Virus record (IMG/VR): IMGVR_UViG_3300043539_002606
Span: 19,607 to 83,606 of that record
DNA: 64,000 bases
Source of the DNA: a virus
Direction: 5' to 3' (one strand)
Made by a program: the position numbers and the translations under genes. The notes beneath the pieces were generated by a model that did no database searches, was not told the DNA's origin, and worked only from the letters and a program-made list of their open reading frames with translations. Below, piece after piece: positions 28,730 through 39,337 of this stretch (its first letter is position 1; each line of letters begins with the position of its first letter).

Positions 28730-30160
28730 TTAAGCTGGATCGTAGTAATAGTATTGTCTTTCAATATCTGTAGGATCTGAACTCATTTGCAGATCATAGG
28801 ATGTAAAGTAGAGATTATTAACATAATTACGATAAGGAAAAACACCAATATTTGGTACAGGAGTCATTTCTGTTAATATCGTAGGAGTCGAAGTACTAAA
28901 ATAAAGAACACCATTTGATTGTGAATAAAAGTTTCCTGGTGATAAAGAATTATAGGAAGGCCAATCTTCTATCGTAATATAAGGATCAACACTTATACCG
29001 TCAAATGGCCAATCTATAGTCCATCCTGAGTCTAACATTTTTTCAATTGTAGCTTGTATCGGTTCAGAAAAAAAACATCCACCGTTACTAAAATTAGCTG
29101 AGGCTAAATCTAATAATCTTACGAAGCTAGCTGGATAATCCAGCATAGTATTACAATTTCCAATCGTTTCTATAATAGCATCAATTGTTGGTTTATCTGC
29201 TGGATTTGATGTAGCAGTAATTATTGAGTTTAACGAAAATGGCAACGGATCATAACCATAATAACTATTTTGAGTTAATGGTAAAACAAAATCTCCATCA
29301 ATTACTAATTCTTCTAATCCATCAGGAAATATTGTTACTTCATATCCAGTATTGCCAGGACCATATACATAATTCCAACCATCATATTGCCAATATGCAG
29401 GAACCACAGTTTCTGCTAAGTGCTTATTATACAAATAAGGTTTAAGTATTTCAGGACCAGTTGGGCCCGGTGGTCCTTGTATGCCCTTTAGATTAACTCC
29501 TTCTTCTGGCCAAACACCAGCACTCTTTGGACCAAATAACACATAATTAATTCTATCAAGATAATAATCACCATCTTGACTCGATTCAGGAGGAGTCTCT
29601 AATATTCCACTAATTATTGTAGTGCCATTTGTGCCATTCAAACCAGAAGCAGCAACTGTTGCTCCAGTTAATTCTGTCCATGTTCCGCTGCTAGCAGTAG
29701 AATAGCTATAGATTCGTGGTCCAACTGGACTAAATTTAACACCAGGTGTCGCTGAATTTAGTCCTTCACGAACAATAAAGAGTGTGCCATTTTTATTTAG
29801 GACATTAGCTATTGTGCTGCTATTTGGTAATTGATTAACATAATCAACAACACCATCAATAGCAAGACCACGACCTGCTGGACCAACGACATTACCTAGA
29901 GCCTTTGATGTATTGTCTGAATATCTTGCAACCAATACTCCTTCAGAATTTAGATCAACGTCGCGCACATTAATTAAATCAGTTGACGTCGTTAAATCAA
30001 TTTCAATAATAGGATTTATTGCGTCACGATTTTTATAATAGAGTTTGTTATCTGGAATGTTAATAAAGATTTCACCAAGCAATAGATCGCTATCAACTGG
30101 TTTTTCTCCAGAAACATTGCTATGGCGTAATACAATTCGAGATGGTGTTAGACTAGGCAT
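28730..30160 (-). CDS. Tail fibre-like protein
   Basis: N-terminal RIVLRHS..SGEKP...LLLGEIFIN..DNKLYYK fibre-attachment motif; LFGPK..GVW; short collagen stretch. Confidence 0.72.
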   Translation of the reverse strand: MPSLTPSRIVLRHSNVSGEKPVDSDLLLGEIFINIPDNKLYYKNRDAINPIIEIDLTTSTDLINVRDVDLNSEGVLVARYSDNTSKALGNVVGPAGRGLAIDGVVDYVNQLPNSSTIANVLNKNGTLFIVREGLNSATPGVKFSPVGPRIYSYSTASSGTWTELTGATVAASGLNGTNGTTIISGILETPPESSQDGDYYLDRINYVLFGPKSAGVWPEEGVNLKGIQGPPGPTGPEILKPYLYNKHLAETVVPAYWQYDGWNYVYGPGNTGYEVTIFPDGLEELVIDGDFVLPLTQNSYYGYDPLPFSLNSIITATSNPADKPTIDAIIETIGNCNTMLDYPASFVRLLDLASANFSNGGCFFSEPIQATIEKMLDSGWTIDWPFDGISVDPYITIEDWPSYNSLSPGNFYSQSNGVLYFSTSTPTILTEMTPVPNIGVFPYRNYVNNLYFTSYDLQMSSDPTDIERQYYYYDPA

Positions 30161-30175
30161 ATGAGTTTATTTATC

Positions 30176-33100
30176 TTATAGGATATCGCGATCAATCTTC
30201 TTAAATTGAGGAATTGTTTTTAATTGTGTAGAAACTGGGAAATATGAACGACTAACTTCTTTACCGGCAACATAAACTCTTCCAATATCTTCACCTTCGT
30301 CCTTACATAAGATATATGTTTGATCCATCGCACCAGCTATATTGACAATATTTTTTGCATTTTCTGGAAAGATAACCTTAGCATATTTTGGTGTTGCAAC
30401 TCCTAAAGATACACTTGTGCCAAGAATATAGTTAATATTAATTCCACCAACATAGAGTTCAAAGATACCACTGCTTGGAGCTGTTTCCACGATTACAAAT
30501 ATTCGGGTGCGGCTTGCGTCATCAATAACGAAAAAGTCATGAACATTTGGCAGGTTAAAACTTGTCCATATTGATATATTACCCGTAGCAGCACTACCAC
30601 TATTTGCACAACCGCTTGCACGATTGCCCGCGAAATATAATACTCCGTTACTAGCTAGAGCAAATGAAACTGCACTAAAATTACATGTTTGTATTTTAAC
30701 TATTTTATTATTAGTTCCAGGAGCAGATCCACTAAAGGCTGTTATTGTTGGTAAATTTGGATTAGTCAAATTATCTTGACCAACTGCCAAACGACCATTG
30801 CTGTTTAAGCCACAGCAATATAATCTATCAGTTAAAATGTTTTGTTCAGGCACACTATCAAGTAATCCAGCTGGCAGAGTATCAAACGTTAAAGCTTTTC
30901 TGAGTATAATGCCGTCACCTGAAGTATCAGCTCCAGTGCCTCGAGAAACACTAATGTCAACAATACCTCTTAGTCTGCTACGACGTAGGTTAGCTGCTGC
31001 AATTCCATTAGTTGCACTATTAGAAAGAAGCACATCGTCTGTTGTTTGACTAGAACCAATAAATGCAAGTCTAGCACCATTAAAACTACTGAATAGTCTA
31101 AATTGCGTTGCACGATTTGCTCCAGCAGCATTTCCTAAAATTACATAATAGTTTGTTGTGCCATATGTTAATGTATCAAAATCTAATAGGTTATGTGCTG
31201 CAAGATTTGAACGTTCAAAAACTGTTCCAGTTGCAGTTGGTGTTGTTGTTCCTAATACTCTAAATGTGCCAGCGATATTTGATGGTTGAGGATTAATAAC
31301 AGCATCAGACTCTGCAGTTAACATTGGGGCAAAATCGCTAAGACTTAAAGAGTTAGCTCTTAGATTTCCAAATGCACCTTTACGATTTACACCTGTACAC
31401 CAAACCTCGTTATCACTTTCGTTTCCTGGTTTTCCAACAATTACATAATGAGCATCATATGTTCGTACTACCTTTTTAATATACCAACTATAGTCATTAA
31501 ATGCTTCGGTAGTTAAACCCGTTTGCGTTCTCCATGCACTTAGTGCATCTGGAGCTGATGTAGCAAGGCCTCCTGCTGTTATTGCATTTGGTTTAAACCA
31601 ATTGAATCTCTTACGAATTTGTTCAGAGCTGCTGCTATTCAACAATGTTGTTAATTCTCCAGGTGTTTTAATCGTTTGCTTTTGTGTTTCAGTTAAAGCA
31701 AAATTATACCAAAGATTTCTACCAGGAGAATCAACAGTTGGTCCCCAAACAAGTGGGCCAGTTGCTGCTGAAGTTGATACAAGATCTCCACGACCAAATT
31801 GACCAGTATTATTAAGACCTGTGCTTAGATAATAACCACGTGTATATGGTATAGTGCCATTGAAATAGCTAACTAAGCCTGATGTTGCAGAATTAACGTT
31901 ATTGTAACTATTATCATAACCATCCTTTGTTTTTAAGGTTATATTAGAATAGCTATCGTTAGAACCCGATATACCAGTTACGCTATCAAGTAATACTGCA
32001 TTTGCTGACCATTTTTCTTTAATTGGCAAAAACGCAGGCAGAAGCTGACTAATTTGAACAGAGCTATTATATGGATTAGTTGGGAAAAATCCGTCATAAT
32101 AGCTGCTAAATTCACTAATACCACGACTTGTTGCAGCAATATCACCTCTTGCATTTGTGCCATAGCCATATACTACATCATCTTGATCAACAAAAAAGAA
32201 TTGATCAGGTGTTGCAAATGTTCGTTGTAATTGTGTAACCTTTCCTAGGTTAGAACCAAATGGGCCAATACTGTTTAATGTAACATCAGCATCAATTGAA
32301 CCTGAAGAAAGTGTGCTTGTTGCAACTGTTCTCCATGCTCGGCCTGCTCCACTTTTATCAACAATACTAAACGAATTTTTAGCGTCGCTATAGCCTAAAC
32401 CATCTGAAGATTCCATTAAGTCAAAGCAACTGCCTTCAACTCCACCCGATAATATTCGTGTATCAACATACTCTTTATTTACTGCATCTGTATTTGCAGC
32501 AGGAGTTGCAGTAGTTAAGCGACCACTATTATAACGCGGAATATTTGTTTTTAGTTGAAGTTGTCCACCTGTAAATTGAAAAACAGTACTATCAGCATTA
32601 AGTGCAATATGAGTTATTCCATTTTTTAATGACGCAGTATTTTTTGGAGTAGTGCCATTTGCTTCAAAAAATGATATACCATTTCCTTTTGCTAGTGAAA
32701 AACTAGAAACAGCATCAGGCAAATATTTAATAAGTTTAACAGTCGCCGGTGATCCTGTTGTTGAATTTGGTAATAGAGTCGCACTTCTTGGAAAACCAGT
32801 TTGACCGGGAACAAGCAAATCAACTAGTTCTACAAAAACACTATTTGCATCAGTTGCAGTAATTGTTCCTCCATTTAAGATAAGCCAACCATAAAAATCT
32901 TCATCTGGTATATTTCCACCAGCTAATGAACCCGACCATTGTTGAGCTTTTGTTGTATCAACTTCAATGATCGTGCCAACAGGCATCATTTCATTAGTAT
33001 TAATTAACGCAACACTACTAGCAATTTCACTAGTTAAATCTTCAACAAGTGAAGTAGCAGATTTCCAAACAATTGCTGAAGTTCCTGTATCATATGTTAA

Positions 33101-33625
33101 TACTGATTCAACACCAGGAAAACTAGGAAATGTCCATGTATTAGCGCCAAATTTAATTTTTGAATTTTGAATTTCTAAATTAACATTGTTGGCAATCTTA
33201 AAAATTCCACCAGCTGTTTCATAATCAAGAATTAGGGTGTTAAATGTTGAAGCAGTTGGAAAACTAAAACTAAATCCATAGTCTGATGCATTTGCTAGCA
33301 AATTAATGCCATTTGCTCCAATAAAATTTATATTGCCGTCAACAGCATATGTTGAATTGAACTGTTTAGCCGCATTATTTGTTTGAATAAGGCCATTGGC
33401 TAGATTTAAGTTACCGCTGATTGTAACATTTGAATTAAAAATACTAGCATTGTCAAATGTTTTTACTCCAATAATTGTTTGATCATTTTGACGATCAACA
33501 TATTCATCATTAACTGCGAAATTTGTAGTTTTCAACTCAGTAACAATATCATTGAATCGATCAATCCACACTTTAAAATTATCGCTATATGCGATAGGCT
33601 CAATACTGTATAGTATAGTACTCAT
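30176..33625 (-). CDS. Baseplate-attached fibre: tail-collar domain plus RCC1-like propeller
   Basis: N-terminal DNFKVWIDRFN; DQTIIGVKTF; collar motif MPVGTII...GWLILNG; DAVNKEYVD; about seven G.N..G repeats. Confidence 0.7.
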   Translation of the reverse strand: MSTILYSIEPIAYSDNFKVWIDRFNDIVTELKTTNFAVNDEYVDRQNDQTIIGVKTFDNASIFNSNVTISGNLNLANGLIQTNNAAKQFNSTYAVDGNINFIGANGINLLANASDYGFSFSFPTASTFNTLILDYETAGGIFKIANNVNLEIQNSKIKFGANTWTFPSFPGVESVLTYDTGTSAIVWKSATSLVEDLTSEIASSVALINTNEMMPVGTIIEVDTTKAQQWSGSLAGGNIPDEDFYGWLILNGGTITATDANSVFVELVDLLVPGQTGFPRSATLLPNSTTGSPATVKLIKYLPDAVSSFSLAKGNGISFFEANGTTPKNTASLKNGITHIALNADSTVFQFTGGQLQLKTNIPRYNSGRLTTATPAANTDAVNKEYVDTRILSGGVEGSCFDLMESSDGLGYSDAKNSFSIVDKSGAGRAWRTVATSTLSSGSIDADVTLNSIGPFGSNLGKVTQLQRTFATPDQFFFVDQDDVVYGYGTNARGDIAATSRGISEFSSYYDGFFPTNPYNSSVQISQLLPAFLPIKEKWSANAVLLDSVTGISGSNDSYSNITLKTKDGYDNSYNNVNSATSGLVSYFNGTIPYTRGYYLSTGLNNTGQFGRGDLVSTSAATGPLVWGPTVDSPGRNLWYNFALTETQKQTIKTPGELTTLLNSSSSEQIRKRFNWFKPNAITAGGLATSAPDALSAWRTQTGLTTEAFNDYSWYIKKVVRTYDAHYVIVGKPGNESDNEVWCTGVNRKGAFGNLRANSLSLSDFAPMLTAESDAVINPQPSNIAGTFRVLGTTTPTATGTVFERSNLAAHNLLDFDTLTYGTTNYYVILGNAAGANRATQFRLFSSFNGARLAFIGSSQTTDDVLLSNSATNGIAAANLRRSRLRGIVDISVSRGTGADTSGDGIILRKALTFDTLPAGLLDSVPEQNILTDRLYCCGLNSNGRLAVGQDNLTNPNLPTITAFSGSAPGTNNKIVKIQTCNFSAVSFALASNGVLYFAGNRASGCANSGSAATGNISIWTSFNLPNVHDFFVIDDASRTRIFVIVETAPSSGIFELYVGGININYILGTSVSLGVATPKYAKVIFPENAKNIVNIAGAMDQTYILCKDEGEDIGRVYVAGKEVSRSYFPVSTQLKTIPQFKKIDRDIL

Positions 33626-33635
33626 ATATTGTTAT

Positions 33636-33842
33636 TTATGCTAGCAAAGTTTGTATTTTTTTCTCTAATTCATGGACACGCATCTCAAGATTATCAATTC
33701 TTTCTAATAGTTTTTTCTCGTGAGCAGCTCTCTTTTTACGGGCTAATGCCGCGGCATATGCTTCATTATCAACATTAATTACTGCTCCAGATCGCGGGTC
33801 TTTTGCAAGACCCGCATTACCTTGAACTTTAACTAAACTCAT
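33636..33842 (-). CDS. Conserved small T4-like hypothetical protein (coiled coil)
   Basis: KVQG..GLAKDPRSGAVIN motif; coupled to the large structural gene. Confidence 0.75.
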   Translation of the reverse strand: MSLVKVQGNAGLAKDPRSGAVINVDNEAYAAALARKKRAAHEKKLLERIDNLEMRVHELEKKIQTLLA

Positions 33843-36800
33843 AGTGTTGCAATAGCTCTAAAGTTTCTAATTGTTGGAACGTCAATATAATCTTTTCCTC
33901 TAAATTCGATCTTAACTGCAAATTGTTTGAAATCAACTGGAGGATTAACATTGAATTTTACTTCGCTATATTTTGCACGATCGCTATTAACTGGTATAAT
34001 TTTTGGCGATGCTGGTGTTAATTCAATCCAATCTGTTTCAACTGAAACGGGCAAAGCAATACTATTTGAATCAACATCAACTTTTCCACTTGTTCCAGAT
34101 GCTGGCACTAAATCATAGGGAGTTGCGGTATTAATTGCTGTTTTTTCGGCATAGTAATAACGCCAAACACCGTCAACCTGTTGAATATCAATTATGATTG
34201 CAACTACATCTTGTGTGTTATTAGCAACTAATCTCCAACCAACATCAACACCACTGAATCGAACTCCTGAATTTGGAGATTTTCTTGTGAAATATTTGTT
34301 ATCAATAGCATTGCTATTCTCATCAAAGAATTGACCATAGACTTTAACATTTGATGTTGTTGTTGGCAAATTAATATCAATAATAACATCAAGCTGATCA
34401 GCTGGGTCTGCAAGATATACTGGTTTTGAAAAATATCGGCTAGTAGCACCAGACTCTCTTATCGCATATTCTCTTGTTTCAAGACTAAGTGATTCGAGAT
34501 CAATAACAGGACTAATACGATTATCTGTTGTTGTTAAACGTGTAGACAATCTAACATCAGCTGTTGTATCAGTACCAATTGCAAAATTGCTATTAACGAG
34601 ATCTTCAATAGGCTCTCCAGATTCAACACTATATGTTCTAGCATTAGCACCAGTATCAAGTTCAAGAATATTGGAAATTTGTGTTTTTCCACTAAGTTCA
34701 ATAAACTTCTGATTGAGATTAAATGCACCAATTCGATATTGAGGACGTTTGCCTGCAAATGTTGCGCTTCTTACAATAGTTCCAGTTGTTTGATTAGTTT
34801 GAGTGACAGTAATTACTGGATCACTTGTATAACCAGTTCCGGGCTCAGTAATATTAAATCCAACAATAGCAGTATTAATGCTATTAAAGACTGGACTAAC
34901 AACTGCATTTCTACCACCAGCTGGAGCTGCAGTAACACTAACAGTTACTACAGCAGATGTTTCCCAACCAATGTTTTCAAAAGGTGCACCGATGACATCA
35001 TTAAACGAGGATATATCAACTCTATGTAAACCACTGCCAATAACAGGATTAACTGCCAGTGTTCCACTTGTCGCGTTAAAGTTAGCACGATTAATCTTGA
35101 ATTTAAGATCTCTGTTTTGTGATGCTGACCATGTTGTTTTATTTGCGCTAGTGAAAAATACACCAACTGCAGGCTGTTCAGAAATAATATCTCCAGCATT
35201 TGTAATATCAGGTGCACCTAAATCTGCGATATATGCTTTATAACCATATGAACCGCTAAATGCAACAACTGCATATTCAACATTTGGCTCAAGATAGATT
35301 GGATTATCAAACTCAAATCGAGTCATAGCACTTGAATCATCGCTAACAACAATTTCACTATTTTTCAAACTCGTCTCACTGCCTGGCACAATGAAATCAG
35401 TTGGATAGCCATTAGCCACTGTCACAAGATATACCTGTACTTGAGCACTGCCAACTGGTGGTTTTTGTGCAAACGCAAGTTCTATGCTGCTTGCGAATAT
35501 ACCGCTATCATCTTGAATTCTGAATGTTTGGGCAATCGGATCGTTTTTGCGTACACAAATTCTATTGCGTTTAACCTCTTGACGTTTTACACGTGGAACT
35601 TGTGTTGAAATTACAGTTTCAGCACTATCAATATCAAGACCATTTGATATAAAGCGCGCTTCAGCAAAACTATCCTCTTCATCGTTAATATTGCGAGGAC
35701 TGTTTGTTAAACGAAGTAATTTTTCTCCAGTTGAGAATTTAAAGTTCGCATCATTTGGTATGATAAACATAGCAACAATATTGCCATCATCATCACTCTT
35801 CAATTCGAGCTGTGGAGTTGTGGAATATTTAGCTAAGAGTTCTGCTTGTGATTTACCTTCATCTGCTGTCAGATTATAGGTCGCAGGATCAAATGCATCA
35901 GGCAATAGTTTTACAAATTGTGTAACATCTTTACCATCAAAAAATGCATAGAACTGAGTATTTGGTTTTACACCTGCAACATCAACGAGAACAGGTCGTG
36001 TTCTCATATATGTTGAGATCTTTACATCTTTGACATAATCACCTAAACTCTGTTCAACATCTTCAAATGCAAGATCAGTTTGTATGCCGCTTGCTACTTG
36101 GTTTTGAATAGTAATTCTCTTTTTCTTTTTGCCGAAAAGGCCGCCGAAAAGTCCACCAAATTTATTAGAAAATTTACCAATATCAACACCTGTTGCTCCA
36201 TTAGCTTCTAAGAACTTAAGAGCAGCTTTTTTGTTTTTAACTTTCTTAGAAACCTTTGATGTTGTTACCCATGAATTCCATTGTGTGCCAGTAAAACCAG
36301 CTTCATTTGCAAAATCTCGCAATACACTATCAAATCCGTCATAGAGTTCAACAGTTGTTTGAGCTTGTTCTGATTTTTCAGACCAGGTATCAACTTCTGG
36401 AGTCAGATTCATAATACCAACATCAGCGCTCTGCTCATGTGGTTGTAGATCAATAAATTGACTTGCTGATAACTGTGTCAAATAATCAACATCTGTTTCA
36501 GTATATGATAAAAATGCTTTATTATTTTTAATAGTAATTCCATTGCTTATCGCATTTGGATTAAATGGTATGCTATATCCAGTATGATATGGATAGAGTA
36601 TGCCTCGTGCACTATCGATCGAACATAGAAACTCTGGCTGAGAACTATCGCTAACATCTAGATTTCTAAAGCCATCAGTGATAAATCCATTTTTGAATTT
36701 TTCACCATCTGTTCCAAAAATACTACGATCATTTGCATCTCTTTCTAATAGAGATAGACTTGTGTAATATTCAATAGCACCAATGCGTTTTTCAATATTT

Positions 36801-39337
36801 CCAATATCGCTCATAGTATAGCGACGATTTTCAATAAATCGTACGTCAACATCAGTTGCATTTGCAGTAAATTGTGGCACATAGAGTGCATATATTGCCA
36901 TGCCATCATCTGGAATATTTGGCAATTTTGGCTCAAGGTCAGATTGACCGTTGATAACAACCAAACTATTGTCGCTATTTACACAGATCAAGTCAAGTCT
37001 TGGCAAGTAGAAATCGATATCGGCTGTGATAGCGCTATATGGATCAAGACTCAAACGAAGTGATCCAGGAAATGTTCTGCAATCAACAGCGTCACTTAAA
37101 GCAATATCACCATATGTTGGAATTTCATCAAGTGGCGCTTGTGTTAAAGTTGTGATATTTCCGACCTTATAGCTATTAACTGTATAATAATTGGTACCAG
37201 TTGTTATAAAGTCCCAGTGAGTTACTTCTATGTCATCTGATGTTGATGCATTGCCGATTCTTCTAACTTTAGCATTAACATAGCTATTATCGCGTTGACC
37301 ATCATCGACTAAAATCCAGTTATTAGTATCAGTAACGCTAATAGCATGATATACATTATTAAGACTATAAATGTCTCCTTCGACTGCAGTTAAACCCACT
37401 AGTTCAGTTGTTTTTAACTTTGTACCAAGACTTGATTCAATATCTCCAGTTTCAGTTACAATAACAGAAATTACAGTACCAATTGTTTGATTCGCATCAA
37501 AGATAATACTAATTGCTCCGTTACTAGCTGGAATAATATAATATCCTGATGTTATGATTTGTTCATTTTTTGCAACAATGACATTATTGCGACTTGCATC
37601 CAATGATCTTAGACTAGATGTAGGTTCAAACGTGACAACGTTATTAGCCGATGTTAGTGTTTGTGTTAAAGATAGACGACGACTGACAACTAAATTCTTT
37701 ACATCAGTAATAGCTTGATTGGAAAATTCAAAGATTGAATCATTATTGTTAATGTCATTTAGTGCTATGCCATTTAGTTTTTCAACAACAAAATTAAATA
37801 TTCCAAAATTATTAATATCAGCTCCTAATATTTCAACAACATCGCTAAAGCGCTTACCACTATTAAGAACAATACTATGAAGATATACTCGTGCGCGAAT
37901 TTGACCAGTTGCTTCTTCTCCTTCTGGCTCGATGCCTAATATTTTTGTAGTACCAATAACTTGATCATAAAGATCTAAAAGATTATAGCTAATACTATCA
38001 TTTTCAAAACTAGGCAAACCGCTGCCGCTTAGACCTGCAGTATAACCAACAACATAGTTTCCATATATTGCAGTTGTTGCTGCATTATATGTTGTTCTTT
38101 GACCCTTTCTTTCAAATGTCAAATCAGTATATGTTTTTGTTGCTTTAGGAATAACTAAATTAGTAGGAGCAAGGGTCTCAACTCTTTTTCCTTTAACATA
38201 AGCAACTCCAGGAGAAAGCTTTGCTGCAAAATATTTAGATGCATCTGTTGAAGATATGCCTGTAAAATCAAGTACATCATTAGAAGAGGTATAGAGTGCG
38301 TTATAATCTGAACCAAATAATTCTTTTAGTTCAAGTTCGAAATTCTTTACAGTATAATTCCCAGATTCCTCGTAAGTTCTACGTGCAAGAGTATCTTCAA
38401 GAGTAGCGCCACTTTGATCAATGCCGTTATATTGAATATAAATTTCGTTTGATCTAATATCAGCTAGCTTAACTGCATTTGCCGCGATGCTTAATTCCGC
38501 TGCTGTTAAAAGTTTTAAGGTTAAAACAATTTGATAACGATCTGCACCAGATTCTAAAAAGTTACTTGTATCAAATGCATTGTCGTTTAGAGTAGAATCA
38601 TCATATGATTCACCTCCATTTGAGGAAACATATCGTTCTTCAACTAAGAAATAAGCAAATCCATTGAAATTATCACTATCTGTATCGAGAGGTCTTGCTG
38701 CATATTGTCTTTGCGCAGCAACCATGCTGCCTCTTACAAAATAAATGCCAGCATCTGCTGTTAAGCCAATTGCTTTTTTATAATCAATTGGAGTTAGTGT
38801 ATATGAGTCAGTAATAACATCACCATATAATAGTGTTAAAGCTTCGCTTGTTGAAATAACATTTTCAATTGGAGTGCCTTCCGTATTTTTATAATAGATG
38901 CGATGAGTTGCACCTGGAGAACCTGGCGCAGTTGAATTTGTAACGGACTCAATAGCAGTAACAGTAGCTTTGCTAATAGCAGCAGTAGAATCAGATGTTT
39001 GTCTTGTAATTTTAAGAAGTGTCAAATCCTCTTGAAATTGTGTAAGTAAAGATTCTGTAATTTGAGTATTATCTGTAATAGAAAATTCAATACAACCAAT
39101 AGTAGAATCGAGTGTAACTTGTCCACCAACAACCTGGCTATTAGGTTTAAATAGTCCAGATCCAAGACGATCGATTTGCGCTTGCAATATGCTCTGTGCT
39201 TGGTTAAGTTCGCGTGTTTGAACATTAACACCTGGCTTAAAAAGAACTCGTAGATAATTCTTATCAAGATGTGAGCCATCAGCATATTGAACGTTTAAAT
39301 CGTCAAAATATGTGTCAGTTTTGGTAGTGATTGCCAT
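33839..39337 (-). CDS. Large virion structural protein (DUF4815/VrlC-like)
   Basis: YFDD...YLRVLFKPG..VQTRELNQAQSILQ, GADRY, LARRTYEESGNY, RRYTMSDIG.IEKRI..IEYYTSLSLLE, DPIAQTF. Confidence 0.88.
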   Translation of the reverse strand: MAITTKTDTYFDDLNVQYADGSHLDKNYLRVLFKPGVNVQTRELNQAQSILQAQIDRLGSGLFKPNSQVVGGQVTLDSTIGCIEFSITDNTQITESLLTQFQEDLTLLKITRQTSDSTAAISKATVTAIESVTNSTAPGSPGATHRIYYKNTEGTPIENVISTSEALTLLYGDVITDSYTLTPIDYKKAIGLTADAGIYFVRGSMVAAQRQYAARPLDTDSDNFNGFAYFLVEERYVSSNGGESYDDSTLNDNAFDTSNFLESGADRYQIVLTLKLLTAAELSIAANAVKLADIRSNEIYIQYNGIDQSGATLEDTLARRTYEESGNYTVKNFELELKELFGSDYNALYTSSNDVLDFTGISSTDASKYFAAKLSPGVAYVKGKRVETLAPTNLVIPKATKTYTDLTFERKGQRTTYNAATTAIYGNYVVGYTAGLSGSGLPSFENDSISYNLLDLYDQVIGTTKILGIEPEGEEATGQIRARVYLHSIVLNSGKRFSDVVEILGADINNFGIFNFVVEKLNGIALNDINNNDSIFEFSNQAITDVKNLVVSRRLSLTQTLTSANNVVTFEPTSSLRSLDASRNNVIVAKNEQIITSGYYIIPASNGAISIIFDANQTIGTVISVIVTETGDIESSLGTKLKTTELVGLTAVEGDIYSLNNVYHAISVTDTNNWILVDDGQRDNSYVNAKVRRIGNASTSDDIEVTHWDFITTGTNYYTVNSYKVGNITTLTQAPLDEIPTYGDIALSDAVDCRTFPGSLRLSLDPYSAITADIDFYLPRLDLICVNSDNSLVVINGQSDLEPKLPNIPDDGMAIYALYVPQFTANATDVDVRFIENRRYTMSDIGNIEKRIGAIEYYTSLSLLERDANDRSIFGTDGEKFKNGFITDGFRNLDVSDSSQPEFLCSIDSARGILYPYHTGYSIPFNPNAISNGITIKNNKAFLSYTETDVDYLTQLSASQFIDLQPHEQSADVGIMNLTPEVDTWSEKSEQAQTTVELYDGFDSVLRDFANEAGFTGTQWNSWVTTSKVSKKVKNKKAALKFLEANGATGVDIGKFSNKFGGLFGGLFGKKKKRITIQNQVASGIQTDLAFEDVEQSLGDYVKDVKISTYMRTRPVLVDVAGVKPNTQFYAFFDGKDVTQFVKLLPDAFDPATYNLTADEGKSQAELLAKYSTTPQLELKSDDDGNIVAMFIIPNDANFKFSTGEKLLRLTNSPRNINDEEDSFAEARFISNGLDIDSAETVISTQVPRVKRQEVKRNRICVRKNDPIAQTFRIQDDSGIFASSIELAFAQKPPVGSAQVQVYLVTVANGYPTDFIVPGSETSLKNSEIVVSDDSSAMTRFEFDNPIYLEPNVEYAVVAFSGSYGYKAYIADLGAPDITNAGDIISEQPAVGVFFTSANKTTWSASQNRDLKFKINRANFNATSGTLAVNPVIGSGLHRVDISSFNDVIGAPFENIGWETSAVVTVSVTAAPAGGRNAVVSPVFNSINTAIVGFNITEPGTGYTSDPVITVTQTNQTTGTIVRSATFAGKRPQYRIGAFNLNQKFIELSGKTQISNILELDTGANARTYSVESGEPIEDLVNSNFAIGTDTTADVRLSTRLTTTDNRISPVIDLESLSLETREYAIRESGATSRYFSKPVYLADPADQLDVIIDINLPTTTSNVKVYGQFFDENSNAIDNKYFTRKSPNSGVRFSGVDVGWRLVANNTQDVVAIIIDIQQVDGVWRYYYAEKTAINTATPYDLVPASGTSGKVDVDSNSIALPVSVETDWIELTPASPKIIPVNSDRAKYSEVKFNVNPPVDFKQFAVKIEFRGKDYIDVPTIRNFRAIATL

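Noticed and set aside
20469-30160. Diversity-generating retroelement acting on the fibre genes
   Set aside because: No reverse transcriptase and no TR/VR pair differing at adenines was seen in this window.
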